Source: Candidatus Binatia bacterium
Lineage (GTDB): Bacteria; Desulfobacterota; Binatia; UBA9968; CAXXLF01
Direction of reading: 5' to 3'
NCBI GenBank assembly: GCA_036443615.1
Contig: JAZFYO010000457.1
Coordinates: 1 to 41,413, forward strand
DNA: 41,413 nt
Below, in pieces: positions 31,245 through 41,199 of the stretch; position 1 is the first letter of the stretch, and every line of letters starts with the position of its first letter. The notes beneath the pieces were generated by a model. The model made no database searches, was not told the origin of the DNA, and saw nothing but the letters and a program-made list of their open reading frames with translations. Both the position numbers and the translations under genes were made by a program.

Positions 31245-32363
31245 GTGACCTCGGAGCCTGCTCGAAGATTCACTTTGCGGCACGTGGGTGGAATTTTAGA
31301 CCGCTACCTGATGCGCAATTTTATAAAGACATTTGCCGTCACTCTTTTGTGCTTTGCGTTCTTCCGCTTTATTGTCGATTTTTTCGACCGCGTCGACAAT
31401 CTGCTTAAGGCCGGGGCCCCCCTATGGTCTTCGTTCAGATACTTTCTGTATAAATTCCCTTTCTTGATCGCCCCCGTATTTGAATTTGCCGCCCTTTTTT
31501 CCAGTCTATTCTCCCTTGGAGTTCTGTCTCGAAACCATGAAATTACCGCCATGCGGGCTTCGGGTATAAGCCTACATCGCCTCTCTCTGCCCTTACTGTT
31601 TCTCTCGCTTATAATCAGCCTCTTAACCTTCTTCTGGAATGAGTCCTTAGTTCCAATTTTTACCCGTGAGTCTCAATACATCTACAAAGTCGAGATAAAA
31701 AAGAAAAAGCTACAAAGCCTATTTGGGACCACGGGAATCTGGATGCGCGGGAAAGGTAATTTTATCAGCGCCGACTACTTCGATACCAAAAAAAACGTTC
31801 TGCAGGGGGTTGTGATCTACCTCATGAATCAAGATTTTAGTTTAAAGGGACTGATCGAGACACCCTGGGCAAGCTGGAATGGATCCCGTTGGGAGACTAG
31901 AGGTGGGACGGAATGGGTCTTGCTCCCGGACGGACGGATCGGCCAACAAAAGGCGGCGGCCAGGTTTCTTCCCCTCAGCGAGACACCAGAAGATTTCAAT
32001 GTCTTTGCCCGAAGAGCGGAAGAGTTCAACTACTTTGACCTCAAGGAGCAGATCAAAGATTTAAAGGCTAGAGGCATAGATACTACAGAATATGAGGTGG
32101 ATCTCCAGGTTAAGTTAGCCTTGCCTCTTATCGCTCCCCTGATGGTTTTCCTGGCTATCCCTTTTGCCGTCAAACAAGGTCCAAGAGGGGGAATAGCCTT
32201 GTCCTTTGGGATCACTATACTCATCGGCCTCAGTTACCGGATGGTCCTGGCATTCTGTATCTCCCTGGGACACACCGGGGCACTCCAGCCATGGATCGCA
32301 GCTTGGTTTCCTAACTTTATCCTGGCCTTAGTCGGAATCTACTTTTTTACCGGGGAGGAATGA
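31245..32363 (+). CDS. lptG: LPS export ABC transporter permease LptG (YjgP/YjgQ family)
   Basis: 372-aa ORF with a GTG start 1 nt after the lptF stop, ILDRYLMRNFIKTF near the N-terminus, and the same architecture as lptF. Which start codon is used is uncertain. Confidence 0.85.
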   Translation: MTSEPARRFTLRHVGGILDRYLMRNFIKTFAVTLLCFAFFRFIVDFFDRVDNLLKAGAPLWSSFRYFLYKFPFLIAPVFEFAALFSSLFSLGVLSRNHEITAMRASGISLHRLSLPLLFLSLIISLLTFFWNESLVPIFTRESQYIYKVEIKKKKLQSLFGTTGIWMRGKGNFISADYFDTKKNVLQGVVIYLMNQDFSLKGLIETPWASWNGSRWETRGGTEWVLLPDGRIGQQKAAARFLPLSETPEDFNVFARRAEEFNYFDLKEQIKDLKARGIDTTEYEVDLQVKLALPLIAPLMVFLAIPFAVKQGPRGGIALSFGITILIGLSYRMVLAFCISLGHTGALQPWIAAWFPNFILALVGIYFFTGEE

Positions 32364-32583
32364 AGCCTCCGCCGCCTTACTGCGGTGGTACCCTTCATTT
32401 CTTCGGCGAAATCCGCCGAAGCTCCCTCCTTCGCTTGCCCCGTGGAGTAGGTTCTCACTCGGAGGCTCTCGTCTCGACCGTGGTGAGTACTCCACAGGGC
32501 GAGCCGAGCTTCGGGGGGTCCGCCTTTCGCAATCATCCATGGCCTAATAGTCGTGGTCTTCTGCGAAGGCGGATAAAAAACCA

Positions 32584-33666
32584 CTAGGGCACTAGGGCTG
32601 TCTCACGTAATCCCTCATCTTCGGGGAATCCGTACATCAAATTCATATTTTGGACTGCCTGCCCTGCTGCTCCCTTAACCAGGTTGTCTATAGCAGTAAT
32701 CACCACAAGACGCCCCACACGGGAATCAAAACGAAATCCGATGACACAGTCATTGGAGCCGCGAACGTCCTTGGTCTGGGGAAAGGACCCCGCAGGGAGG
32801 ATACGAATGAAGGGTTCTTTGCGGTAAAAATCATGATAGACCTTGGTGAGATTTTTCTCCCCCAGAGGTTTTTCGAGCTCAACGTACATCGTGGACAGGA
32901 TGCCGCGGCTCATGGGGACCAAATGGGGAGCGAACAAAACGGAGACCGAACTTTTTGCGATCTGACTCAATTCCTGCTCGATCTCAGGGGTATGCCGATG
33001 GACGCCGACTTGATAGGCCTTAAAGTTTTCATTGACCTCGCTGAAGGAAAGCTCCACGGCACTGCTCCTTCCGGCCCCGGTCACCCCTGACTTTGCATCG
33101 ATCAGGACAGCTCCCTGGACAAGCCTTTCGGCAAAGAGAGGGGCCAATCCTAAGACGGCGCCTGTAGGATAACATCCAGGGTTAGCTACCAGACTGGACC
33201 TGGCAATCTGACTGCGGTGAATCTCAGTCAAACCGTAGGTCGACATGCGTAAAAGATGAGGGGCTTTGTGGGGGCGGTACCACTGCCTATAGATCTCGGG
33301 GTCCCGAAGACGAAAATCGGCGCTTAAATCGATTACCCGTTTGCCCTCCCTGACCAACGTCGGTACAACATCCATTGAGGTTTCGTGGGGTAAGGCCGAG
33401 AATGCCAGATCAAATCGGGAGATCATCCTCTTTGGCTGGATCTCTTCCAAGACCAGATCGCATTTACCCGCCAGGGACGGGTAAATTTCGTAAACCCGCT
33501 TTCCAGAATATTGCTGAGAGCTGAGAACCGTCAGCCTGACTCGGGGATGCTGTAACAGGATCCGTAACAGCTCCACCCCTGCGTACCCCGTGGCCCCCAA
33601 CACAGCCACACGGAGCGGTTTTTGCCTCTTGGTGGGACCGGCCTTTGACTTAGCCAGTGATTTCAA
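32584..33666 (-). CDS. argC: N-acetyl-gamma-glutamyl-phosphate reductase
   Basis: 360-aa ORF with the NAD(P)-binding [18 protein letters not shown] and the active-site context NPGCYPTG. It overlaps the rpsI stop by 4 nt. Confidence 0.93.
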   Translation of the reverse strand: MKSLAKSKAGPTKRQKPLRVAVLGATGYAGVELLRILLQHPRVRLTVLSSQQYSGKRVYEIYPSLAGKCDLVLEEIQPKRMISRFDLAFSALPHETSMDVVPTLVREGKRVIDLSADFRLRDPEIYRQWYRPHKAPHLLRMSTYGLTEIHRSQIARSSLVANPGCYPTGAVLGLAPLFAERLVQGAVLIDAKSGVTGAGRSSAVELSFSEVNENFKAYQVGVHRHTPEIEQELSQIAKSSVSVLFAPHLVPMSRGILSTMYVELEKPLGEKNLTKVYHDFYRKEPFIRILPAGSFPQTKDVRGSNDCVIGFRFDSRVGRLVVITAIDNLVKGAAGQAVQNMNLMYGFPEDEGLRETALVP

Positions 33667-34055
33667 CGTTTGGAGTATTGTGGACGCTTACGGGCCTTGT
33701 GGCGGCCATATTTTTTCCGTTCTACTGCGCGTGGGTCGCGGGTGACAAAACCAGCCTTTTTCAGAGGGGGGCGGAAATCAGGATTTACCTGTAAAAGCGC
33801 ACGAGTAATTCCATGGCGAATCGCGCCTGCCTGACCAGACATGCCTCCACCCCGGACATTAACCCGAACATCAAAACTTCCTTCGACGTGGGTGACCTGA
33901 AAAGGTTGGAGAACAATCTGCCGGGCCGTCTCACGGGCAAAGTAATGGTCCAGTGACCTATGGTTAACCAGAATATCCCCCTTACCATCAACTAGAGAGA
34001 CCCTAGCGACCGAGGTCTTTCTTCGGCCGGTCGCGTAATAGGCCTTTGCCGCCAT
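33663..34055 (-). CDS. rpsI: 30S ribosomal protein S9
   Basis: 130-aa ORF with [19 protein letters not shown] and a C-terminal [11 protein letters not shown]. Confidence 0.97.
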   Translation of the reverse strand: MAAKAYYATGRRKTSVARVSLVDGKGDILVNHRSLDHYFARETARQIVLQPFQVTHVEGSFDVRVNVRGGGMSGQAGAIRHGITRALLQVNPDFRPPLKKAGFVTRDPRAVERKKYGRHKARKRPQYSKR

Positions 34056-34059
34056 GTCT

Positions 34060-34521
34060 TTAACCCCTACCCCCGATCACAAGCGGCTGTGGATTTTGGG
34101 CCTGATGCGGGTGTTCAGACCCTGAATAGACCTTCAACTTCCTAAGGAGCCCTCTGCCAAGGCGGTTCTTAGGCAACATGCCTTTGACAGCCAAGCGGAC
34201 AACGGTATCAGGACTCGTTCCTAGTTTCTTTTCGGCGCTAGTAACCCGAAGGCCCCCTGGATACCCGGAGTGGCGGTAATATACCTTTTGAGCCAACTTA
34301 TTCCCAGTCAACCTGACTCCACTGGCATTAACCACTATTACAAAATCCCCTCCATCTACATGGGGAGTAAAGTTCGGCTTTTGCTTTCCCCTTAAAATTC
34401 TCGCCGCCTCGCTGGCAAGCCGGCCCAACACCTTTCCGCCCGCGTCAATAATGTACCACTGGCGTTGGGCCAGGGCGTCACTCTTCTTCAACTGATAGGT
34501 CCCCATGGTGCGGTCAAGCAA
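34060..34521 (-). CDS. rplM: 50S ribosomal protein L13
   Basis: 153-aa ORF with [18 protein letters not shown] and [10 protein letters not shown]. The true start may be the internal Met at 34506. Confidence 0.96.
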   Translation of the reverse strand: MLDRTMGTYQLKKSDALAQRQWYIIDAGGKVLGRLASEAARILRGKQKPNFTPHVDGGDFVIVVNASGVRLTGNKLAQKVYYRHSGYPGGLRVTSAEKKLGTSPDTVVRLAVKGMLPKNRLGRGLLRKLKVYSGSEHPHQAQNPQPLVIGGRG

Positions 34522-34541
34522 CCGGCCTACTAAAATAGGAA

Positions 34542-34618
34542 TGGCGGGGCCGACGAGACTCGAACTCGCGACCTCCGGCGTGACAGGCCGGCGTTCTATC
34601 CAGCTGAACTACGACCCC
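34542..34618 (-). tRNA. tRNA-Asp (anticodon GTC), CCA end encoded
   Basis: Minus-strand cloverleaf: acceptor GGGGTCG/CGGCCCC (one G-U pair), anticodon stem CCGGC/GCCGG with loop CTGTCAC, T arm GCGAG-TTCGAGT-CTCGT. Confidence 0.9.
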
Positions 34619-34666
34619 GGCACAGTCTGTAATTGATTCGTAATTATGCATGGCTGCGACGTTGAA

Positions 34667-34738
34667 TGGGCGGTACAGGATTTGAACCTGTGACCCCCGG
34701 CTTGTAAGGCCGATGCTCTCCCGCTGAGCTAACCGCCC
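34667..34738 (-). tRNA. tRNA-Val (anticodon TAC)
   Basis: Minus-strand cloverleaf: acceptor GGGCGGT/ACCGCCC, anticodon stem TCGGC/GCCGG with loop CTTACAA, T arm ACAGG-TTCAAAT-CCTGT. No CCA is encoded. Confidence 0.9.
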
Positions 34739-34840
34739 CCTCTCGGCTCCAAAAACCAAACCAGAGGCCCGAGACCAAGACCCGATGTCTGCTGCCTCTT
34801 GCCCCTGCTCTCTCCTGATATCCAGTCAAAAAAGAAGGAA

Positions 34841-35113
34841 TCAGCTGAGGGACTCTTTCAACGCCTTACCAGCTTTAAACTTCGCGGCACGAGAGGAGGC
34901 AATCTGAATTGTCTCGCCAGTCTTGGGATTTCTCCCGGTCCTCGCCTTCCGGTTGGAAACCGAAAATGTCCCAAAACCGGAAATATTAATTTTATCTCCG
35001 TTTTTCAAAGCGGCAACGATGTCATCGAACAGCCCATTGATGATCGCCTCAGCGCTCTGCTTGGAGAGTTCCGCTTTGCTTGCAGCAGAATCAATCAAGT
35101 CCGCTTTTGTCAT
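34841..35113 (-). CDS. hup: DNA-binding protein HU
   Basis: 90-aa ORF with the classic HU sequence (MTKADLID...GFGTFSVSNRKARTGRNPKTGETIQIASSRAAKFKAGKALK). Confidence 0.96.
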   Translation of the reverse strand: MTKADLIDSAASKAELSKQSAEAIINGLFDDIVAALKNGDKINISGFGTFSVSNRKARTGRNPKTGETIQIASSRAAKFKAGKALKESLS

Positions 35114-35160
35114 TACGCACCTCTTATATTATCATCTTAGTTGAGTTCCAACCCACGTGT

Positions 35161-35190
35161 TTTATAACCATAGAACCCTATGGGTGTCAA
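35161..35190 (-). promoter_or_regulatory. putative sigma70-type promoter of hup
   Basis: The minus strand reads TTGACA (35185-35190), an 18-nt spacer, then TATAAA (35161-35166). This lies about 50 nt upstream of the hup ATG. Confidence 0.45.
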
Positions 35191-35223
35191 TCCAAAAATG
35201 ACCTCAAGATGAAGAATTGCCTG

Positions 35224-37695
35224 CTATTGCGGCAAAATATCCGCTCTGGGCACCTCTGGTTCCTTTCCCCCAAACGGGGGGGGTTCACCCTCTTCCGGTA
35301 CCTCTTTCTTTTTCAAAAAGTTCTCCGGATCTTCAAGTACCAGGGCCTTTTTCAAAACTTCATCAATATGGGAAACCGGCACCAGCTCAACCGTTTTCAA
35401 TATCGTCAGCGGGATCTCCTCGATATCCTTTTTGTTCTCCTCTGGTATGAGCACGGTCTTAATACCGCCCCGGTGAGCGGCCAGGACTTTTTCCTTCAGC
35501 CCCCCTATTGGAAGAATCATCCCCCTCAGGGTAATCTCCCCCGTCATGGCCAGGTCGTGGCGCACAGGGATCCGTATGAGGGCGGATACAATAGAGGTTG
35601 CCATGGTGATCCCGGCCGAGGGCCCATCCTTGGGAATGGAACCCTCCGGCACGTGAATATGAAGATCCATCTTCTGGTAAAAATCGCTTTCTAGCCCCAG
35701 GTCATCTGCCCGGGAACGTACATAGCTCATTGCTGCCTGGGCAGATTCCTGCATGACGTCGCCTAATTGACCGGTCAAAATGAGCTGACCCTTACCCGGC
35801 ATGACCGCCACTTCTGTGGGCAACAACTCCCCTCCAAGCTCGGTCCAGGCTAACCCCGTACTGACTCCAATTTTGTGCTCCTCCTCCGCTCTGCCGTAAC
35901 GGTACTTTGCCGAGCCCAGATATTTATGCAGACTCTTATTGCCAATAGAAATCTGAGCAGTGCGGTTCTTTTTGACCACTTCTACAGCCACCTTGCGGCA
36001 GATTGAGGCAATTTCACGTTCGAGATTCCTCACTCCGGCTTCTTTAGTGTAGTACCGGATAAGCCCAAGAATAGCGTTGTCCGTGAATAGGATGTTCTCC
36101 TCCTTGAGACCGTTAGCTTCTCTTTGTTTTTGCAGCAAATACTTCTTTGCAATGTTTAGCTTCTCCAATTCCGTGTAGCCAGCAATGCGGATGATTTCCA
36201 TGCGGTCTTCAAGGGGACGGGGAATGCGCTCCAGGGAATTCGCGGTCGTGATAAACATCACCTTGGAAAGATCATAATCCAGGTCCAGGTAGTGATCGTT
36301 AAAGGTGACGTTCTGCTCCGGATCGAGCACCTCAAGAAGCGCTGACGAGGGATCCCCTCGGAAATCCATGGACATTTTATCTACCTCATCCATGAGAAAC
36401 ACGGGATTGCCGGAACCGGCTTTCTTCATGGACTGGATGATCTTTCCTGGTAATGCCCCGATGTAGGTACGGCGATGCCCGCGAATCTCCGCCTCATCTC
36501 TCACCCCCCCCAGGGAAATGCGAATAAACTTTCTCCCAGTTGCACGGGCAATGGACCGACCCAGGGATGTCTTTCCTACCCCCGGAGGCCCCACCAGGCA
36601 AATGATAGGACCCTTGATCTTCCCCACCAAGCTCTGAACGGCCAGGTATTCAAGGATCCGCTGCTTCACCTTTTTCAAGCCGTAGTGGTCCTCTTCCAGA
36701 ACCCTCTCTGCTTCCTTGATATCCAACTTCTCCTCTGTGTACTCATTCCAGGGCAGGCTCAGGATCCAGTCAATATAGCTTCGCACCACAGAGGCCTCAG
36801 CAGACATAGGGGACATCATCTTGAGCTTCTTAAACTCCTTTTCGACCTTGTCCCTTGCCTCCGCCGATAACTTCTTTTGCTTTATATTTTCTTCTATTTC
36901 CTGAATCTCGTTTTTAAACTCATCCTTTTCCCCGAGCTCTTTCTGGATGGCGCGCATCTGCTCATTCAAGTAGTACTCCTTTTGTGAGCGCTCCATCTGC
37001 TTCTTTACGCGAGAGCGAATGCGCCGCTCCACCTCAAGGACCTCAATCTCGGCGCGCAAGTGACCCAAAACCTTTTCAAGCCTCTCCGCCGCGTTGAATG
37101 TTTCCAGGAGACCCTGCCGTTCCTCCAACTTGATTCCGAGATGACCCACAATCGTGTCCGCCAATCTACCCGGGTTATCGATAGAGGAAACCGACATGAC
37201 CATTTCCGGTGGAATTTTTTTCTTCAGCTTGACATAGTTTTCAAAGGTGCTGTGCACTTCCCGGATTAGGGCCTCCACTTCGGTGTTCTTCTCCCCCACG
37301 TCTTCTATCTCTTCCACCTCCACCAGAAAATAATCTGGATGGCTCAAGTATTGAACCGCCCTTGCCCGTTTCTTTCCCTCGACAAGAACCTTCACGGTCC
37401 CATCGGGAAGCTTGAGCATCTGGACAACGTTTCCTAACGTCCCCACTGGATAGATGTCGTTCTGCGTTGGATCATTGGTCCTGGCATCCTTCTGCGACGA
37501 CAAGAAGATCGGCACCTGTTTTTGAGTAGCCTCCTCCAGGGCGCTAATGGATCTCTTTCGGCCTACGAAAAGCGGCACCACCATAGAGGGAAAAACAATG
37601 ATATCTCTCAGCGGTAACAGAGGCACTTGAAGGGAACCACCTCCGCCACCTCCTCCTCTGTCATCTTTCTTGTCGTTGCGGAATAACATAACCAC
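35224..37695 (-). CDS. lon: ATP-dependent Lon protease (LonA)
   Basis: 823-aa ORF with a Lon N-domain, AAA+ Walker [10 protein letters not shown], and a protease domain with PKDGPSAG (catalytic Ser). The ORF-track start is a GTG. The ATG 6 nt downstream (37689) follows a G-rich SD-like run and is an alternative. Confidence 0.97.
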   Translation of the reverse strand: MVMLFRNDKKDDRGGGGGGGSLQVPLLPLRDIIVFPSMVVPLFVGRKRSISALEEATQKQVPIFLSSQKDARTNDPTQNDIYPVGTLGNVVQMLKLPDGTVKVLVEGKKRARAVQYLSHPDYFLVEVEEIEDVGEKNTEVEALIREVHSTFENYVKLKKKIPPEMVMSVSSIDNPGRLADTIVGHLGIKLEERQGLLETFNAAERLEKVLGHLRAEIEVLEVERRIRSRVKKQMERSQKEYYLNEQMRAIQKELGEKDEFKNEIQEIEENIKQKKLSAEARDKVEKEFKKLKMMSPMSAEASVVRSYIDWILSLPWNEYTEEKLDIKEAERVLEEDHYGLKKVKQRILEYLAVQSLVGKIKGPIICLVGPPGVGKTSLGRSIARATGRKFIRISLGGVRDEAEIRGHRRTYIGALPGKIIQSMKKAGSGNPVFLMDEVDKMSMDFRGDPSSALLEVLDPEQNVTFNDHYLDLDYDLSKVMFITTANSLERIPRPLEDRMEIIRIAGYTELEKLNIAKKYLLQKQREANGLKEENILFTDNAILGLIRYYTKEAGVRNLEREIASICRKVAVEVVKKNRTAQISIGNKSLHKYLGSAKYRYGRAEEEHKIGVSTGLAWTELGGELLPTEVAVMPGKGQLILTGQLGDVMQESAQAAMSYVRSRADDLGLESDFYQKMDLHIHVPEGSIPKDGPSAGITMATSIVSALIRIPVRHDLAMTGEITLRGMILPIGGLKEKVLAAHRGGIKTVLIPEENKKDIEEIPLTILKTVELVPVSHIDEVLKKALVLEDPENFLKKKEVPEEGEPPPFGGKEPEVPRADILPQ

Positions 37696-37701
37696 CCCCC
37701 C

Positions 37702-38955
37702 CTATGCGCTCTCTGCGGCCTTGCTATATACAACAATGGGTGCTTCATTGCGATAAACCACCTCATCGGAGATGATCACTTCCTTGATATTAGGCTGAGT
37801 CGGCATCTCATACATCACGTCAAGCATGGTGTTTTCCATTATAGCCCTGAGCCCGCGGGCCCCCGATTTCCTTTTCATAGCCTCTCGGGCAATGGCCCAA
37901 AGCGCCTCATCAGTAAATCTGAGATGCACGGCTTCCATCTCGAACAGTTTGGAATACTGTTTGGTCAGAGCGTTTTTGGGCTCCTTCAAAATCCGCACGA
38001 GCGCACCCTCTTCCAATTCATCCAAGGTGGCAATAACAGGCAATCGGCCAATGAACTCCGGAATAAGTCCAAACTTCAATAGGTCCTCAGGCTGGATCTC
38101 GTGCAACAGTTCGCTGTTCCGCCGACCATCCTTCCACTCGACCTCTCCCCCAAAACCCAACTGCTTGCGCCCGGTCCGTCGCCGAATGATATCCTCTAAA
38201 CCAACAAAGGCCCCGCCGCACAGGAACAGGATATTCGTCGTATCCACTTGCAGAAATTCCTGCTGCGGGTGCTTCCTCCCCCCCTTCGGAGGCACGCTGG
38301 CCATGGTCCCCTCGATAATCTTCAGCAGGGCCTGCTGTACCCCCTCGCCCGAGACATCCCGGGTAATCGATGGGTTCTCCGACTTGCGCGAAATCTTGTC
38401 GATCTCATCGATGTAAACAATTCCTCTCTGTGCCTTCTCTACATCGTAATCGGCCGCCTGAAGAAGATTCAGGATAATATTCTCTACGTCTTCCCCGACG
38501 TACCCCGCCTCTGTCAAACTCGTTGCATCGGCAATGGTAAAAGGGACCTGAAGCAAACGCGCCAAGGTCTGGGCAAGAAGCGTCTTGCCGGATCCCGTGG
38601 GACCGAGAAGCAAAATGTTGCTCTTCTGCAACTCCACATCTCCGGTTACCATCTGGCAATCAATGCGCTTGTAGTGATTGTGAACGGCCACCGCCAAGAT
38701 CTTCTTCGCCCTTTCTTGCCCAACTACATATTGGTCCAGGACACGCTTAATCTCTACGGGCTTGGGGACCCCCGAAGAAGAGGCAAGGGCTTCCTCATGG
38801 TCGCACTCTTCCGCGATGATATCATTGCAAAGGTCAATGCATTCATCGCAAATGTAAACCGTCGGTCCTGCGATGAGCTTGCGGACCTCATCCTGACTCT
38901 TTCCACAGAAAGAGCAAACAAGATTACCCGAGCGATCGTCGCCGTGCTTTGGCAT
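37702..38955 (-). CDS. clpX: ATP-dependent Clp protease ATP-binding subunit ClpX
   Basis: 417-aa ORF with the N-terminal zinc finger CSFCGK...CDEC, Walker A GPTGSGKT and the IGF-loop-type region. Confidence 0.98.
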   Translation of the reverse strand: MPKHGDDRSGNLVCSFCGKSQDEVRKLIAGPTVYICDECIDLCNDIIAEECDHEEALASSSGVPKPVEIKRVLDQYVVGQERAKKILAVAVHNHYKRIDCQMVTGDVELQKSNILLLGPTGSGKTLLAQTLARLLQVPFTIADATSLTEAGYVGEDVENIILNLLQAADYDVEKAQRGIVYIDEIDKISRKSENPSITRDVSGEGVQQALLKIIEGTMASVPPKGGRKHPQQEFLQVDTTNILFLCGGAFVGLEDIIRRRTGRKQLGFGGEVEWKDGRRNSELLHEIQPEDLLKFGLIPEFIGRLPVIATLDELEEGALVRILKEPKNALTKQYSKLFEMEAVHLRFTDEALWAIAREAMKRKSGARGLRAIMENTMLDVMYEMPTQPNIKEVIISDEVVYRNEAPIVVYSKAAESA

Positions 38956-38967
38956 AGAGCTCCCTCG

Positions 38968-39570
38968 TCACCTCTTTTGATCGACATGCTGACGATTCAC
39001 CATGACCTCGTCAACTAATCCATACTCCAATGCCTGTTTTCCCGACATGAAAAGATCCCGATCGGTGTCTTTCTCGATTTTCTTAAGAGTTTGTCCCGTA
39101 TGTCTCATAAGGATCTCGTTCAGCTCCTCCCGCATGCGCAGGATTTCTCGAGCGTGAATATCTACGTCTGTCGCGGTCCCCTCGAAACCACCCAGGGGTT
39201 GATGGATCATAATCCGTGAATGGGGGAGGGCGAACCTCTTCCCCTTTGCCCCCGCAGCCAGAAGAATCGCGCCCATGCTGGCAGCCTGCCCCAAGCATAC
39301 CGTTGAGACCGGCGGTTTGATGTACTGCATGGTATCGTAAATGGCCAGACCCGACGTGACGGATCCACCAGGAGAGTTGATGTAAAAAAAGATGTCCCTT
39401 TCTGGGTCTTCTGATTCCAGAAACAGGAATTGGGCAGTGATGGTGTTCGCAACTTCGTCCATAAGCGGACTACCCAGAAATACTATTCGGTCCTTGAGCA
39501 AGCGAGAATAGATATCGTAAGCACGCTCGCCTCGCCCAGTTTGCTCTACTACAATCGGGATAAAGTTCAC
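38968..39570 (-). CDS. clpP: ATP-dependent Clp protease proteolytic subunit ClpP
   Basis: 200-aa ORF with a GTG start, catalytic Ser context GQAASMGA and His context MIHQPLGG. Confidence 0.97.
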   Translation of the reverse strand: MNFIPIVVEQTGRGERAYDIYSRLLKDRIVFLGSPLMDEVANTITAQFLFLESEDPERDIFFYINSPGGSVTSGLAIYDTMQYIKPPVSTVCLGQAASMGAILLAAGAKGKRFALPHSRIMIHQPLGGFEGTATDVDIHAREILRMREELNEILMRHTGQTLKKIEKDTDRDLFMSGKQALEYGLVDEVMVNRQHVDQKR

Positions 39571-39625
39571 TTCTTCCGGACCCCCCTAATGATATCGGCC
39601 ATTTTATCTTTTTTCATCCCGCGCA

Positions 39626-40933
39626 TCAACCTTTTGGCAAAGATGGCTTTACCTCTTTCGCCTTGGACTGTTCCAACAAAAAGTCCAGTGCCCGTTCAAA
39701 GACCATCTGTGATCGGAGATCCTCGCGTGCATCGTCTCGGCGATAGAATTCTCGTAATGTCGCCCCCTTATCCTTAGCAAGACGGACCATCCCCTCGATT
39801 TTTCTCTGAATATCTTCGTCTGATACATCGATCTTTTCCAGTGTCGATATCTTTTCGATCAGAAGCCTCGCCTTAATTTGATGCTGCGCCTGAGGCTCCA
39901 ATTCCTTTCGCATCTGCTCGATCGAAGAATCCTTTTCCGAGGAGGTCGATCCGCGAGACCCAGAGCGCCACTGATGCCGCTCCAGGAGATAGCGGATCTG
40001 TTGATCCACCATGGAACGAGGAACTTCAAAGGGATGATTTTCAATTAGCCGGGTTAGAATTTGTTCTTTTAGTTCCCCAGCTTGCATCTCGCTCATCTGT
40101 GACTCCAACTGAGCCTTGACCTTTTTCTTTAATTCTTCAAGTGAAGTGCACTCGCTGGCATCCTTGGCAAATTCATCGTCAAGAGTCGGTAGGACTTTTC
40201 TTTTAATATCTTTGACGACCACGCGAAACATAACCTCTTTCCCTGCTAGCTCTTGATCCACTTGGTCCTCTGGATAAGTGACCCTAATAGTATGCTCCCT
40301 ATCCTTTTTCAACCCAACCATGGCCTCTTCAAATTGCGGAAGCACATTTCCGCCATTCACTTGAAGAAGAAAGTTCTCCGCTTTGCTTCCTGAAAACGGC
40401 TTGCCATTAATAGTCCCGTCAAAATCAAGGATAACAAAATCTCCTCGCTCTACGATGTCGCGACTCTCTACCGGCTCTAAGTGCGAGTGCGCATCCTGAA
40501 GGTGGCCTAACGCTGCCTCCACCTGAGCTTCCTTTACGGAACGTTCGATACGCTCCACTTCAAGCCCTCGATAGTCCTTTACCTCGATCTCCGGCTTGAC
40601 CTCCACCACAGCCGAAAATGTGAAAACACCCCCCTCCACCAAGGCGCCGGCTTCTACCTCCGGACGAGAGATCACCTGCAGTCCCTTCTCCCTGACGACC
40701 TCGCGTAAGGATTGTTCTACCAATTGTGATAGCACCTGGCTTCTGACTTCGTCACCATAGATACCCTCAACAACGGACCGGGGGACCTTCCCGGGGCGAA
40801 AGCCCTTGACCCTCGCCTTCTGAACGACGCTGCCGTAAACACGAGAAAATTCTTCGCTGACCGCCTCAGCAGAAATCTCGACAGAGATCTTCCGCTGAAA
40901 TTGGCTGAGGATATCAAGATCGACCTTCATCAT
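39626..40933 (-). CDS. tig: trigger factor
   Basis: The ORF-track reading frame extends to 41032, but its first 33 codons run into tRNA-Leu. The trigger-factor N-terminus (MMKVDLDILSQFQRKISVEISAEAV) begins at the Met pair at 40933/40930. An FKBP-type PPIase middle domain and a C-terminal domain follow. Confidence 0.93.
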   Translation of the reverse strand: MMKVDLDILSQFQRKISVEISAEAVSEEFSRVYGSVVQKARVKGFRPGKVPRSVVEGIYGDEVRSQVLSQLVEQSLREVVREKGLQVISRPEVEAGALVEGGVFTFSAVVEVKPEIEVKDYRGLEVERIERSVKEAQVEAALGHLQDAHSHLEPVESRDIVERGDFVILDFDGTINGKPFSGSKAENFLLQVNGGNVLPQFEEAMVGLKKDREHTIRVTYPEDQVDQELAGKEVMFRVVVKDIKRKVLPTLDDEFAKDASECTSLEELKKKVKAQLESQMSEMQAGELKEQILTRLIENHPFEVPRSMVDQQIRYLLERHQWRSGSRGSTSSEKDSSIEQMRKELEPQAQHQIKARLLIEKISTLEKIDVSDEDIQRKIEGMVRLAKDKGATLREFYRRDDAREDLRSQMVFERALDFLLEQSKAKEVKPSLPKG

Positions 40934-41002
40934 CACTGGATGGCCGGAATAGCGCAGACTGCCTGGAACCGCTTCACGCGAGGGAACAAAGCAGGTGACC
41001 TC

Positions 41003-41084
41003 TGGTGCGAGAGGGGGGATTCGAACCCCCACGGTTGCCCGCTAGATCCTAAGTCTAGTGCGTCTGCCATTCCGCCACTCTCGC
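41003..41084 (-). tRNA. tRNA-Leu (anticodon TAG), long variable arm, CCA end encoded
   Basis: Minus-strand cloverleaf: acceptor GCGAGAG/CTCTCGC, anticodon stem CTAGA/TCTAG with loop CTTAGGA, T arm GGGGG-TTCGAAT-CCCCC. Confidence 0.9.
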
Positions 41085-41169
41085 TTCCAGGAATAACGCA
41101 TGCCACAACCGAAACTAAAACCCAGTACCCCATGCCTAAAAAATACACCACTGACCCAGCTAGCCTAAA

Positions 41170-41199
41170 ACAATATGAAACAACTGAAAGATAAGTCAA
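41170..41199 (-). promoter_or_regulatory. putative sigma70-type promoter upstream of tRNA-Leu/tig
   Basis: The minus strand reads TTGACT (41194-41199), an 18-nt spacer, then TATTGT (41170-41175). This lies about 85 nt upstream of the tRNA-Leu 5' end. Confidence 0.4.

Noticed and set aside
32360-32587. 75-aa plus-strand ORF starting at an ATGA overlap with the lptG stop, plus minus-strand ORFs at 32328-32540 and 32339-32584.
   Set aside because: Three mutually overlapping frames are open across the same GC-rich hairpin-dense spacer. The translations are P/G/R/S-rich and low-complexity, and the SD spacing for the ATGA start is essentially zero. The region is better explained as structured non-coding sequence (reported as a finding).
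34514-34829. ORFs at 34514-34759 and 34644-34829 (minus).
   Set aside because: They overlap tRNA-Asp and tRNA-Val, and no protein-like features are present.
38248-39018. 256-aa plus-strand ORF, plus 37826-38416 (196 aa), opposite clpX.
   Set aside because: These are antisense shadows of clpX with no recognisable motifs. clpX fully accounts for the region.
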